Assembly (NCBI GenBank): GCA_964016885.1
Contig: OZ024740.1
Span: forward strand, 355,632,001 to 355,696,000
Direction of reading: 5' to 3'
Source of the DNA: Eledone cirrhosa
Lineage: Eukaryota
Length of the DNA: 64,000 nt
Within the stretch, counting starts at the first letter, position 1. Each line of letters begins with the position of its first letter. Positions 39,204 through 52,030 of this stretch are shown here, in pieces. Below the pieces are notes generated by a model. The model made no database searches. It was given only the letters and a program-made list of their open reading frames with translations, and had not been told where the DNA came from. The position numbers and the translations under genes are program-made.

Positions 39204-40838
39204 GCACTAGATAGAGGATACTATAGAGGTATAAAGCTGATGGACCAGGTCGTGAAAGTAAAAGTTGATTAGGGACCGGGTGAAACTAGATGAGATGCAA
39301 TTTGGGTTTGTACCAGAAAGAGGCACTACTGATGCCCTCTTCCTTGTGAGGCAGTTACAGGAAAAGTACCTAGCTAAAAGTAAGCCACTCTACCTGGCAT
39401 TCGTCGATCTCGAGAAAGCCTTTGACAGAGCTCCACGTGCTTAGAAAACTAGGAGTAGATGAATGGCTTGTGAAAGCTGTACAAGCCATGTATAGGGGAG
39501 CAGTCAGCAAAGTTAGGATTAGCAATGAGTATAGCGGGGAATTTAGCGTACAGGTTGGTGTCCACCAGGGCTCTGTTCTTAGCCCTCTCCTGTTCATCAT
39601 AGTCCTGCAGGCAATAACGGAGGCGTTTAAGACCGGATGCCCATGGGAACTCCTGTGTGCTGATGACCTCGCACTTATAACTGAATCTATGGTAGAACTA
39701 GAGAAGAAATTCCAATCTTGGAAGCAGGGACTAGAAAGAAAGGGTCTCAAAGTCAACATGACAAAGACTAAGGTCCTTGTAAGTAGACGAGAAAACAGAA
39801 CCCAGATCCCCTCCGGGAAATGGCCTTGCTCAGTATCTAGGAAAGGTGTAGGTAGGAACTCCATTCTCTGCCCCAAATGCAAACAATGGGTACACAAGAG
39901 ATGTAGCGAGATCTCAGGAAGCTTAATTAAGAATGTAGGCTTCACATGCAGCAGCTGTGCTGGGACAGCAAGCAGCAAACAGCCACAGGAAACAAGTACC
40001 ACAGCTTCTGCTACCTAGGTGACCGAATTAGCAGCGGAGGTGGGTGTTCAGAAAGTACAATAACTAGGGTAAGAACGGGATGGAAGAAGTTCAGGGAACT
40101 ACTGCCACTGCTAGCTGCAAAAGGCTTCTCCTTCAAAATGAAAGGCAGACTGTATGATGCGTGTATCCGAACAGCAATGTTACAGGGTAGTGAGACCTGG
40201 GTGCAGAAGGTGGAAGACTTACATAGATTAGAGAGAAACGAAGCCTGCATGCTCCGATGGATGTGTAACAGTAATATACGCGAACGACAAAGCATAAATG
40301 AATTGAGAGAGAGACTGAGCATAAGAGGAATCAAATGCTGTGTGCAGGAGAGGCGGTTGCGTTGGTATGGACATGTCATGTGTATGAAGGATGACAGCTG
40401 CATAAAAAGGTGCAGAGCACTAGAAGTCAATGGAAACCACGGAGTGGGGAGACCCAAGAAGACCTGGGATGAGGTGATAAAAGCCGACCTTACCCAATTA
40501 CACCTCGCAAAGGCGATGACACACGACTGTGACCTCTGGCGTCACGCAGTAATACAGAGTACCCGACCTCCCATGGGTACAAGCTGAAGCATATAGACAA
40601 TATGCCCCCACACTCTCCCACTGCAAGGTGGTCGTGGAGGTGCCACGGCAAAAAAGCACCCAGCCCTCACTGTAAATGAGGTTGGTGTTAGGAAGGGCAT
40701 CCAGCTGTAGAAATGGAGCCAAATCAGTTCCTGTATGAGCAAGATATGGTCAGCTGACCAGACACTGCCCACAACAGGACAACCCGTCTAACCCATGCTA
40801 GCGTGGAAGAATGGACGTAAAACGGTGATGATGATGAT
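39204..40838 (+). mobile_element. RTE-clade LINE, second subfamily, 5'-truncated with deletions and frameshifts
   Basis: RT motifs (DLEKAFD, GVHQGSVLSPLLF, ADD), PHD-like insert (WPCSVS..CPKCKQWVHKRC..FTCSSC), C-terminus RWYGHVM..GRPKKTW, (GAT)n tail. Confidence 0.92.
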
Positions 40839-43785
40839 AGGAGCAATAATGACACATTCAATTAATTTCTCTTAACAACCAGCTGTCTCCAGTTTAGCAG
40901 ACTCCCCAAACAATATTAGGATATCTAAAATAAAGCTGATGAAAAATACATCAGAGGAGCATTCTGGAAACCAAATACTGATTTCTACTATAGGCACAAG
41001 ATCATCAAATTTGGGGGAAGGCAGAGTTTATTAAACCAACCCCAGTACTTGACTGGTACTTTATTTTATTGACTCTGGAAGGATGAAAAGTAAAGCTGAC
41101 TTCATTAGAATTTCAACTCAATGTAAAGAGCTGTAATTAAATGCTGCAAAGCATTATGTCTGATGTGCGAATGATTCTGAAAACTAAATATAAACAGAAT
41201 ACAGAACAAAATACTCAATCAACATGACTAACATATTATTTGGAAGATTTTATTCTTAACATTTTTCATACCAAACTTCCTTGAAACAGCTTCTAGTTTT
41301 ATGATACAAAACTTTATTTTAATCTATCATAATTTTATGTAAGAACCTTTGTTAAGCTATACTCCATGTCTCTTCATCTGGTTCAAGAGTATTCTTGTTG
41401 ATTCAAAACTTTAAAACTTTGCTCAACTCAAAGAGATTCCTGTTCCATTGCCACCAGAAGATTACTAGCAATATATTTTTACTTGGCATGTCTGGAGGAA
41501 GGGGCAGTGCCCATGGCCTTCAGAGACCTTCCAAGACCAGAGAAATTAAAGCTGTTGGTGTTTTGTTTAAACTATTGAAGGTTAACTCCTTTTGAAAAAA
41601 CATGACAGAGGTGTTCCTGAGGGATGACATTCTGGACAGGAAGGATCAGACATAGTTAATACAGGGTTGAACCCAACATAGGAAATGAGATGTTGATAGA
41701 TGAGTTGGTCGAGAGTGTCTAAGTTGGGAGTGCATGAGACTAACAACTTAATAGAAGCAGAGATCATTATAGTAATGGTGGGAGAGAGCATACCTGTGGG
41801 CCCGAGGAAAGAGAGTTCAAGTGAGTGACTTTATACTGATTAGCTGCATGGCTCCCTAAATATAATATCCAAGAACTTGCATCACTCTTATGTTAGACAA
41901 GAGTAGTTTGATTTTTAGAATCTCTTTTCTTCTTTTAGAATTGTTGTTTCAGCACTCTACTACATTGCATTTTTACATATACGCTATTAATCCGAAGTGA
42001 CAAAACCAAATTTTTCAATAATATAAAGTTTTCAAGGCAAATTACTTGCAAGGAATGATTTCAAAAAACAATCTACAACCAAGATACCACTAACACTTTT
42101 CCCCTGTTCCATAATAAATTTGATGGATGAGAAAAAAAAAGAACATTTTTAGGGTGGTGGTGACGGTGTTTTTTTTTTTTTACACCTCCAGACATATACT
42201 GAAGTGAAGTGATTAGCATCATCTAGGAAATAAGACTGAAATAAATACCTTTACAGGAAAACACACTTTTAGTTGTACATTTTTTTAAATTTTATGTGTG
42301 GAAATTCTATCTATAGTAGCCAGTAATAAACTTTCATCCATCTCATGCAATAGAAATACTTTGGAACAATGTAATTAAATCTTGGCTTTGGCAATATAGC
42401 AAGTGAGGATGGAACTGACTAAGTAATAGGTAGATATAGCAGTCATGCACATATACAGACACACACATGTAGACAGAGTTAATTTCACAAATGGCTGTGG
42501 AGAGATGGAGAGAGAGAGAGAGAGAGACAGTGAGATAAAGAGAGACTTTACTACATGTAAGACTAACAATAAACTATTACCATATGTAATACCACATAAA
42601 GGTAACCATAACATCAATCTAGACTTATCTTGTTGATGAAGGCAAACAGTAAAACTAACAACAAAAAAAAAAAATCTAAAAAAGAAAAAAAAACAGTAAT
42701 TAGTTCAATTAAAAATCCAAAGAAAAGAAAAAATTTCACAGATATTTTCTAAACTGGCATTAACTATAGAGAAAAATTAATGTTTTTCTCTCCCACCTTT
42801 TCCTTACAATTCTGGTTTCTTCACCGAATGTGATAAGTTATTTACTAGTCAAGTTAGAAGTGATAGGAAGAGTGAAATAGAGGAAATGAAATGTTTTTAG
42901 ACTAATTTAGTTCAACTTCTATCTTATTTATCAATCCTTTCAGGAATGAGTCTAACACTTCATGTATTAACCAGTAGAAGGAAATCAATCAGATGGTTAA
43001 AAGAAGAAAAACAATCTTCAAGTAGAATGGAGATAGATTTGCTCAAACAAAAAGGCAAAACGAAAAACTAAAAAAAAAAAGAAAGAAATAGCTATCATAA
43101 CAATGACTTTGATTAAGGTAGATGTCTTTGAAAAAATATAAAGTGAATTTTTTTCAATGAAAAGGTACAGTTAATTTGAGTGCAACAGAGTGGGCAGTGA
43201 GTGGTGTAATCTTTCAGCAAAGCCGATATCTATTTCTGTTTGAACCAACTATATCACATTGCTTCAAAATATCACTAAAAGGAAGTTAAAGTGAAAGAAA
43301 ATCAAATCTGGAACATCAGCTATATTGATTTCACCTGTCTGGACAGTCCTGCACAAAATCGTTTTACGTCTGTTCTTCCACGCTAGCATGGGTTAGACAG
43401 GTATTTATTTATCCTTGTATTTATCCATCTGTAGAGAGTTAGGTAAATAAGTAGTGTGTATGTGAGTGTATCATCATCATTTAATGTTTTCCCTGTTATA
43501 TATGTTCTTGTCTTATGACTGTGAGAAGCAGGCGAAAATCCAGAGCAAAACGACTCACTATTTAGCAGAGAGTGTGAGCGCGCGCACGTGCGTGCGTGTG
43601 GTTATATCCGTATAAATACAGAGTGTGTAACTGAGACTGCACCAAAGTGTATAAATATATGCACTTTATCATACACTTGTGCTGTCTTGATTACATACTT
43701 TCTATTTATACAGATATAACTTTATCAAACACTGACTGCTAGCGCACTTCTCAATATCTCTCTCTCTCATATATATATATATATT

Positions 43786-44111
43786 GGTTAGAGCATTGGC
43801 CTTGCAATCAAAAGGTTATGAGTTCAATTCTCAGACTGGGTGATGTGTTGTTTCCTTGAGCAAGACACTTTATTTCACATTGCTCCAGTTTACTCAGCTG
43901 TAGAAATGAGATGATAGGGACTGGGGTCCATATCATTCCACTGCAAAGTGGTCGTGGAGGTGCCATGGCAAACAAGCACCCAGCACTCACTGTAAATGAG
44001 GTTGGTGTTAGGAAGGGCATCCAGCTGTAGAAATCAAGCCAGAATCAGTTCCTGTCCCACCCTTGCAAGCAGGGAAAAGTGGACGTAAAATGAAATGAAA
44101 TGATGAAATGA
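43786..44111 (+). mobile_element. tRNA-derived SINE with RTE-derived 3' half (sister of 35342-35680)
   Basis: Closely similar to 35342-35680; (AATGA)n/(GAT)n tail. Confidence 0.8.
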
Positions 44112-44261
44112 TATATATATAATCAGGATAGAACCAGTTTAAAACTAGTTAGACCATTACTCAACAGAGTACTCGATACTTGGGGTAGTAGAGTATGATT
44201 ATATTATAAAGAGTCGGGACCCAACGGCTGGGCTCTTGCCATTTCAACAGCTAGTTCCAGA

Positions 44262-44304
<43 letters not shown>

Positions 44305-44336
44305 TAGCGTGGAAAATGGACGTTAAACGATGATGA

Positions 44337-44367
<31 letters not shown>

Positions 44368-44733
44368 TGTATTGATGCCACAATATAATGCATCTTGTAC
44401 ACTCTGTAAAATGGTTGGTGTAAGGAAGAGCATCCAGCTATAGAAAGCATGCCAAAAGATTTGAGAGGTCTCTTCAGTCATGTAACAAACATAAAAACCT
44501 CTCTAGAGTTGGTGCCACGAACAATGCTTCCAGTCCACCCTGTAGAATATATGGTATTAAGAAGAGTATCCAACCATAGAAAACTTGCCAAACAAATGGT
44601 CAAGAAGACTCTTCAGTTAAGTCAATGGTACAACAACCTCCCTAGCGTTGGTGTCACAATAAAACACACCCAGTACACTCTATAAAATGAGTTATCAAGA
44701 GTATCCAGTCATAGAAACCATGACTTGACTAAA

Positions 44734-45549
44734 ATGGAACATACAAGTGAAAATTGGTCTCCTGTGGGAGAACATCAGAAACAACAACAACCCATGTCTT
44801 CCGCTCCCAGTACATCTCGACACCAACAACCTGCGACTGTGTCTTCCCCTACCATTCCCGTGGAGGAATATCATCACCAACAACAACAACAACAGCAACA
44901 ACAACAGCAACCGACCAGTACAGATTTTGCAGAATTGCAACTAATGATTTCTGCTTTAAGAAGGGAAGTAACAGAAATAAAGGCAAACATTCGGGTAGGA
45001 CCCCACAATGAGGGGTCTTATCGGAATGCCTTGCTAAAGAATCTCCCTGTACCTCTTGCCATATCTGGCCACACTAAAAAGACTGCAGAATCTGCAACCC
45101 ATGAAGTGATTGCCATTGGGGTACCAGAGGACAAGGCTGATCTTCAGCCATTTGCTGCCAGCTCAGCCAAAGACCTAGGCTGTGTTCCCCCAAAGGGTGC
45201 TCTCTGCCTTGGTCGACCTGGTCCAAAACCCAGACTCATCGGGCTGTCTTTTTCGGACCCCGCTGAGGCAACCTCATACCATCTGGCCTCTGTTAAAGCT
45301 GGGCGTGAAAATCGGATTACCTTCCAGACACGCCAAGGCCTACCACCCCATGTACGTCCAAAGCTCCGTGTTGCAGCTTCCTTGAATTGGAACTCAGCAC
45401 AACATGAAAGTTTTAGTCTGCGTGATGATGGGCAGACCTGGAGGTTTGCCAAGGCTGGTGAAACGTGGAAGAGAGATACCAGCTGGTCTGAATGTGATCT
45501 ACCCACAATAACTGGCAATGTAAAAACTGCTACAACTCTGGGAAACTAA
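44734..45549 (+). CDS. CR1 ORF1p (polyQ N-terminus, coiled coil, RRM-like region)
   Basis: Open frame; ELQLMISALRREVTEIK heptads; VIAIGVPE and LGRPGPKPRLIGLSF resemble the LINE ORF1 RRM motifs. Confidence 0.7.
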   Translation: MEHTSENWSPVGEHQKQQQPMSSAPSTSRHQQPATVSSPTIPVEEYHHQQQQQQQQQQQPTSTDFAELQLMISALRREVTEIKANIRVGPHNEGSYRNALLKNLPVPLAISGHTKKTAESATHEVIAIGVPEDKADLQPFAASSAKDLGCVPPKGALCLGRPGPKPRLIGLSFSDPAEATSYHLASVKAGRENRITFQTRQGLPPHVRPKLRVAASLNWNSAQHESFSLRDDGQTWRFAKAGETWKRDTSWSECDLPTITGNVKTATTLGN

Positions 45550-45605
45550 ACCAGAACAACCTGCCACCCTCTACACGCCATCATAAACTGCGAGCAGGGT
45601 ACAAA

Positions 45606-48369
45606 TTGTTGTCCTTAAATGCTCGCAGTTTATGCAACAAGATGCATCTGTTTGAATCCTACGTCAGAAGCATCGACCCTGACTTCATCACAGTCACGGA
45701 AACATGGGCACATTCCTTACTCTGTGATGGGGTTTTCAGCATTACTGGGTACAACCTTTTCCGCAAGGACCGCATTAATCGCTGTGGTGGTGGTGTGATG
45801 GTCTACGTTCGTTCAAACTTTTCGGTAATTCCTTGCGTTGATTTGAACGAATCACAGGAAGAAGTTTTTTTCTGTGACATACGTATGACCATGCCAACAC
45901 TTCTGCTTGGTGTTGTTTATCGCCCGCCAAACTACCATCAGGACACACAGCTTTGCGATATCCTCAGAGTTGCTGCCAAGAAAACAGCCACTTATGTGTT
46001 TATTGCAGGTGACTTCAATCATCCTGAGATTGATTGGGAAACCTTTCGTTGGCCACAAGGTGCAAACGATTTCCTTGAACTAGTGCTGGACTCAAACTGG
46101 TCACAAGTAGTCACCTCTCCAACAAGAGGTGACAACACTTTGGACCTGCTCTTCACCACTACTTCTGAAGTGGTTATCAGTTGTACTACTGAGGAACCTC
46201 TAGGCGACTCTGATCATGCTATGATCATTGCCAATCTGGCACTTGAGGGCAGCAACAAAAACCAGAGCCATCTCCAATCTGCTTGCTTTGATTGGAAGAG
46301 GGCGGATTGGAACTTGTACTGCACTGAGCTACAGCGCCCAAACTGGCATGAGTTCTATAACTCTGGAGATGTGAACACTATACTCCAGAGCATCCTGGAC
46401 TCAATATGAATAGTGTGTGCAGCATCGGTGCCACGTAAGCGGAAAAATAACCACCCCAAAAGTGCAATTTGGGAAACTTCAGCCGTCCGACTTGCCAGGA
46501 AAGAACGTCGGAACACTGAACGGGAATATAAACTGCATAAATCAGATGCCAACAGAAAAAAAGCGGAATAAATCTTCTAACCATCTCAAGCAAGTGACAA
46601 AGAAGGCAGTGCTTGAATTTGAACAGTGCATAGCAACCAGTCCTGACAGTAAGGTGTTCTGGAAATATGTTCATTCAAAGCAGAGACCTCACTCTCCAGT
46701 TGGTCCTCTTCGCAATCCCCACACGAGCCAGATCACTGACGATCCCAAAGAATGCGCAGAACTCATTGCTGAGTGCTATGCAAGTATTTTTACTGTTGAA
46801 AACCAGAATGTACCATCTCCACCATCTCTAACATCAAATTCCATAAAAACTATGGAATTTACACCTGCAATGTTGCGACGTCACCTTAAGAATAAGCGCA
46901 ACTATGCCTCCCCTGGTCTTGATGGTGTGACATACCTGCTTCTCAAACGTGGCGGGTATTTCCTTTTGCGCCAGCTTTCTTTCTTTCAATACTGTCTCAA
47001 CAATGATGCTACTCCGGAGCAGTGGAAAACTGCCAGTGTCATTCCTCTGTTCAAAAATGGCAACCGCATGTCACCTGTCAAATATCGTCCAGTCAGTCTT
47101 ACTAGCTGTATGGCCAAACTGATGGAATCCTGTGTCAGAGAAACATTTTGGAACTTCTGGAGCTCTCACAGCCTCATCCGGCCCTCACAGTTTGGATTTA
47201 TCCCTAACTCCAGCTGCTGTGATCAGCTTATCGAGTTCCTTGAGGACATCACCCAGATCACTGACAGGGGCTCATGGGTGGATGTTGTTTACCTTGACTT
47301 TGCTAAGGCTTTTAATTCTGTGCCACACAAAAGACTTATGGCAAAACTCTCTGCAATGGGTGTGAGGAATGATGTTTTCGACTGGTTGAAATCCTTCATT
47401 CTCAGCCGAAAAGAAGTAGTCACGGTTCTAGGACAGCATTCTTCATTATATGAGATGTCATCTGGTGTACCACAGGGATCTGTTCTTGGTCCCCTTTTGT
47501 TTGTGGCATATATTAATGACATAGATGCCAACTTACAGAATGCCACGGTACTGAAATATGCAGATGACATCAAGCTGTAGCTTGAAATCAAAAGGACTGA
47601 TCCTGAAATTTACAACTCTTTCCTACAATCAGACCTGGACACAATGCAGCAATGGATCACAGACTGGCAACTGAAGCTCGCTGTGGACAAGTGTACCACC
47701 ATGCATTTTGGAAGGAAAAATCCAGCGTCCACATACTCCCTCCACAACACTGATATCAAGAAGTCCTCTTGTGAACGTGACCTGGGCATTATTGTCAGCA
47801 GCGATTTGCGTTGGACAAAGCATGTCTCTAAGATTGTCAAGAAGGCCGATGGTGTCTTGGCATCACTCAGCAAGACCTTTGTTAGCCGCTCTCCAGCCAT
47901 CTATTTAAAACTGTATACAGCTATGGTACGACCACACTTGGAATTCGCATCATCAGTCTGGAACCCTTATCTTGCTCAGAACATTGACCTCCTGGAAACT
48001 GTTCAGAGACGTGCAACCAAGCGCATACCCTCCATCAGACACCTACCATACTCTGAACGCCTTGCTTCCCTGGGCATGGATTCATTGAAGCTCCGACGTC
48101 TGGCAATGGACTTGGTTAATAACTTTGTGGGTATTCACCATCTCGCCAATTGCAACCCTGAGCACCTTTTTGATCTCCATGTGTCTAACACACGTGGACA
48201 TGCCTACAAAATCAGAATACAGCACAGCTCCCATGACTTTCGTAGACATTTTTTCACGCTCAGAGTTGCTGAAACATGGAACAAACTGCCTGCGTCAGTT
48301 GTTAGCTGCCGAGACACTGCATCCTTTAAGACACTCATGCTTCCCGAAATACGCCAAAACTACACTTGA
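45606..48369 (+). pseudogene. CR1 ORF2 (APE-RT) with three visible lesions
   Basis: TGA at 46407-46409, a frameshift in the A-run near 46560, TAG at 47578-47580; otherwise continuous. Confidence 0.88.
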
Positions 48370-48507
48370 TGTACCCCTTCCATACACATGCACTGTTCAT
48401 TTTACTGATGTTTGTGCATTGCCCTATGTACTGTACATGCACTTTTTGCTGAGTTGTGGTGCACCTGGGCACTGTACACAATATTTCATTATTATTATTA
48501 TTATTAT

Positions 48508-48631
48508 ATCATGACTCATACAGTGTTCATTTTCCTGACATTTGTACATTATTCTATGTACTATACATGCACCTTTGATGAGTTGTAGTGCACCTGAGCA
48601 CTGTACACAATAATTTCATTATTATTATTAT
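48508..48631 (+). mobile_element. Second, diverged CR1 3' end in tandem
   Basis: Repeats GAGTTG..GTGCACCTG.GCACTGTACACAAT..TTCATTATT; same subfamily as the minus-strand fragment at ~51875-52030. Confidence 0.8.
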
Positions 48632-49016
48632 CAAGGAGGCCAGTAACTCTGAACTGACTTGGACTGATGACCCGCCCAGCCCAAGCCGGCATGAAAAGAG
48701 AACGTAAAATGAAGATGATGATGATAACATGCTGTTGTGGGGTGGAAGAAATTATGAATAACTGGATATCCTTCCTACAGCTAAATACTTAACTGCAATA
48801 GAGAAACAGAACTCTTTGAGAGACATACATGTTGAAGAAAGCAGCCTGCAGTTGTACAAAACTGCTCATTTAAAATGTTTATTTTATATGAAATCTTGCC
48901 ATCATAATTTTATTTAAGAAATTTTTGACAAGTAATTTTCTAAATATCAGTGAACTAATTAAAAACTTATTAAATTACTGCAAATATTCGATTAGTTTCA
49001 AAATAAACTGAAACAG

Positions 49017-49245
49017 TTAACCCTTGGGCATTCAAACCAGCTACCCGGCCAGAATTCTCTCACCTCATTCTGTTAAAACCGGCCATAACTGGCTGCTCAT
49101 ACTTATGTTAAGGTATTGTTCTCAAAATAAATAACATCAAAATCTAATATAGATTCAATATTATGTGAGATAATTATGCGAGATAAAGCCTTTACCATGA
49201 AAATACAATAGTAAATATAGAGTAATGTAAATGCTAAAGGGTTAG
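49017..49245. mobile_element. piggyBac-type MITE, family A
   Basis: TTAA-CCCTT..ATTCAAACCAGC...ATGCTAAAGGG-TTAG; another copy at 54096-54310 and a partial copy at 16850-17035. Confidence 0.78.
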
Positions 49246-49519
49246 TAATAAATTCAACACTAAAAGGGTTAAGCTCACAGAATTCGCATTCGCATTAATT
49301 TTCAGATGTCATGCTTATCTGTTCGCATCAGTATCGGTAAAGGGTTGGACACCATGCTTTCCAGCATAGTTACGTCCCTTTACGGTCTGAGTTCAAATCC
49401 CGTCGAGGTTAACTTTGCCTTTCATCCTTACGGGGTCGATAAAATAAAGTACCAGTAATGTACTGGGTAATTGCTGGCTCAAAGTAGAAACAATTATTTT
49501 GAGTTAATCATACTCAAGA

Positions 49520-50463
49520 GGGTTATCAAGTTTATTTGTTTGTAATTTTCTTAATTTTCTATGTGCAGGCTTGAAATTTTGTCAGTAGATGTTTAAATAT
49601 CAATAATTTACAATTATATAATTTTACTTGATTTTTTTTTGGTTAAATTTGACTTTTATGGGCAGGTGAAATTAATTAATAGGGGCATTTGAAATATCAA
49701 CCAGGTGCAAATACTGGTTTAATTTATATACGTTGTTTTCGGCATAATACTTGATATATAAGGATCACTAAACCTTATATCAGTGCTCCAGTAATTCCAG
49801 TCTTGGAAATTGTTTTATACCAACCGGTAAAAAATGCTTGCATTTCCGCAGCATCTGTTGTTGGGCATATCGATTAACCTCTTCTGCCACAACTTCGAAG
49901 AAAGTTTGTGGTAAAAACAAAAAGAAATAATCCAGTGCTTTAGCATCGGGAGCTAATGTGTGTTGTGGACCAGTATTTTGAATAAAATCGGAAACATATA
50001 TTGGTGTGGTATTTTTCAACCACGTTGCTGTAATATTTTCAATGGTGTCCTGGAGATCTCCGTTTTCACTTTCAAAACAACAATCATCGTCGGACGAAAT
50101 TTCAGAAATGTAAACATCCGATTCATTTGAAGATAAATCACTAATATTATCTTTTGTTTCTTGTTCATTCTGTATGTCATCGTGTGTGAAACCTTCAAAG
50201 TCGGTATCGCTACTTTCACAAGCTTGATACACAAAAAATCTGTTCTACTTTCAATGTTAAAAAAACACATGTTTTAAGTTGTTTAAGTGTTAATTTTCGT
50301 GGTAAGGGCCTAATCTCGCAGTAATTATCGAATTGACGAGATTTTGATGATGGTTTGTTTAATTTTAGAATGATATTTTGTGTGGGCTATTTCGGGTGGT
50401 TTGAACAAATGAAGGGGAAATAATTTTGGCCGGTTTCGGGTGGTTTGAACACTAAAGAGTTAA
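49520..50463 (-). mobile_element. Truncated piggyBac element: terminus plus PGBD4-like transposase N-terminus
   Basis: Terminus TTAA-CTCTTTAGTGTTCAAACC with a repeated subterminal TTTCGGGTGGTTTGAACA; ORF 49780-50232 has the acidic leader SDTDFEGF and GP..LDYFFLFLP..VAEEVNRYAQQ typical of piggyBac transposases. Left boundary uncertain. Confidence 0.8.
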
Positions 50464-51874
50464 ATCAAAGATGAGAAAATTGTGAAATTTTCTGGAATGT
50501 AGAGTCCATAAGAAATGCTATATTTCTGGGAAATGAAATAGTGAAATACTTCTGTTGTAAACAAAATTTAATACAATGCATTATATTCAACTGAGCACCT
50601 TTACTGTCATTTTAATATTATAGGTACTGAAATTTGAGTTTTTGTGCATCATTGTCACCATGAACATCAGCATTTTATGTCGTTTTCCATGTTGGCATGG
50701 GTTCGGCAAGTTGTTATGGTTCAAATCACTTTGTATTCAGAGTTACTATCTTCTTTGGTGGGTTGGAAACTCTTTCTTAATTATACATTTGTTTTATGGT
50801 ATGGTTTTTGTAACACAACTGGATACCTTTTGTAACAAGCTATACAAAAAAAAAAAAAAAAAAATCAATATTGATGTATTTCTTTCAACAAACACTACTA
50901 CTTTTTACGCAGTGACCAGATATTAACACTCTTAAATTTTAGACAATCTCTTGAAATAAAGATGAAATGACCACAGGTAGAAATGCTTATTTTATTTACT
51001 TCATCATTACTATATGCCAACCTAAGTAGAAATAAGCAACATCTACCCAAACAACAAGAACAATAACATTAATCAGGCACGAATGGACCAGTATCTCAAC
51101 CACACAACTACTGCCAGATTTATTACTCTTGAATCATTAACTTACCAATTTATTGAAACTGGCAGAGGTTGGGCAATAAATGGTATATGGGAGAAAATTA
51201 TAGAGACTTTATTTATTTACATTAATGAAAGGCGGTATTGAACAATAGCCCATCTAAACATAAGGTTTTGCAAAGTGGGGTTCCAAGAGTGATTCCTAAA
51301 TTAGGCAGTAATGTGCCCCTTAGGGACACTAGAAAATAGGGGCACTGAAAGGCAAGGAATTGGTAAGGATTCGCTGGAAAGCAAGGAGTAGTAAAGAAGA
51401 GAATAAGCAAAAAATACAAATTTATATTTGCTCATAAAACTGACACCTTTAGTTATTCAAGAAACCCTTAAATATAATTGTTTTATAATTATAAAAAAAT
51501 TAATTTGCAAGGGGGTGACAGTGAAATATATTCTCTAAAAAGGCAACAGTAGTTAAAAAAAAAACCTTTCGGAAACTACAATTGGAGCTCTAAATAGTCT
51601 GCTTGATCAGATCCTTCCTATCAAATTAGCTATATATCTCTGCAGGTAAATCTAACCTGTCGTAGGTGAACAAAGATATGTATCTGACTGGTAAAATGAA
51701 GCAGCTAACCAAAGTAAATATCAACTGGTTCAAACAATATTAGATATAGGTGTCTTTGTGGGAGAGTTTGAGAGAGAGAGAAAGAGTATGTATAAGGAAA
51801 TAGTTGTGTGCAAGTAAAAGAGATAGAGAAAGAGTTTGTATATGGATGAAAAGAAAAACAAAGTAATCTATTAG

Positions 51875-52030
51875 GATGTATGTATAGTACATAGAATAAT
51901 GTATAAATGTCAGGAAAGTGAACATTATAAGAGTCATGATATACACACACATGCGTGCATGTGCATGGAGGCAGAATATCAAGTGTAGTGTTAGCGAATT
52001 TCAAGAAGCATGGCAGTTTTGAAAGATACA
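51875..52030 (-). mobile_element. CR1 3' fragment
   Basis: SFKTAMLLEIR..YT plus a 3' UTR matching 48320-48570. Confidence 0.7.

Larger units (their letters stand above)
44725..48507 (+). mobile_element. Near-complete CR1-group LINE (ORF1 + ORF2 + (ATT)n tail)
   Basis: ORF2 has APE motifs (LNARSL, TETW, VYRPP, AGDFNHP, TLDL, SDH), RT motifs (YLDFAKAF, GVPQGSVLGPLLF, YADD, RDLG) and the CR1 C-terminus TRGH..WNKLP; 3' stem-loop and (ATT)n. Confidence 0.92.
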
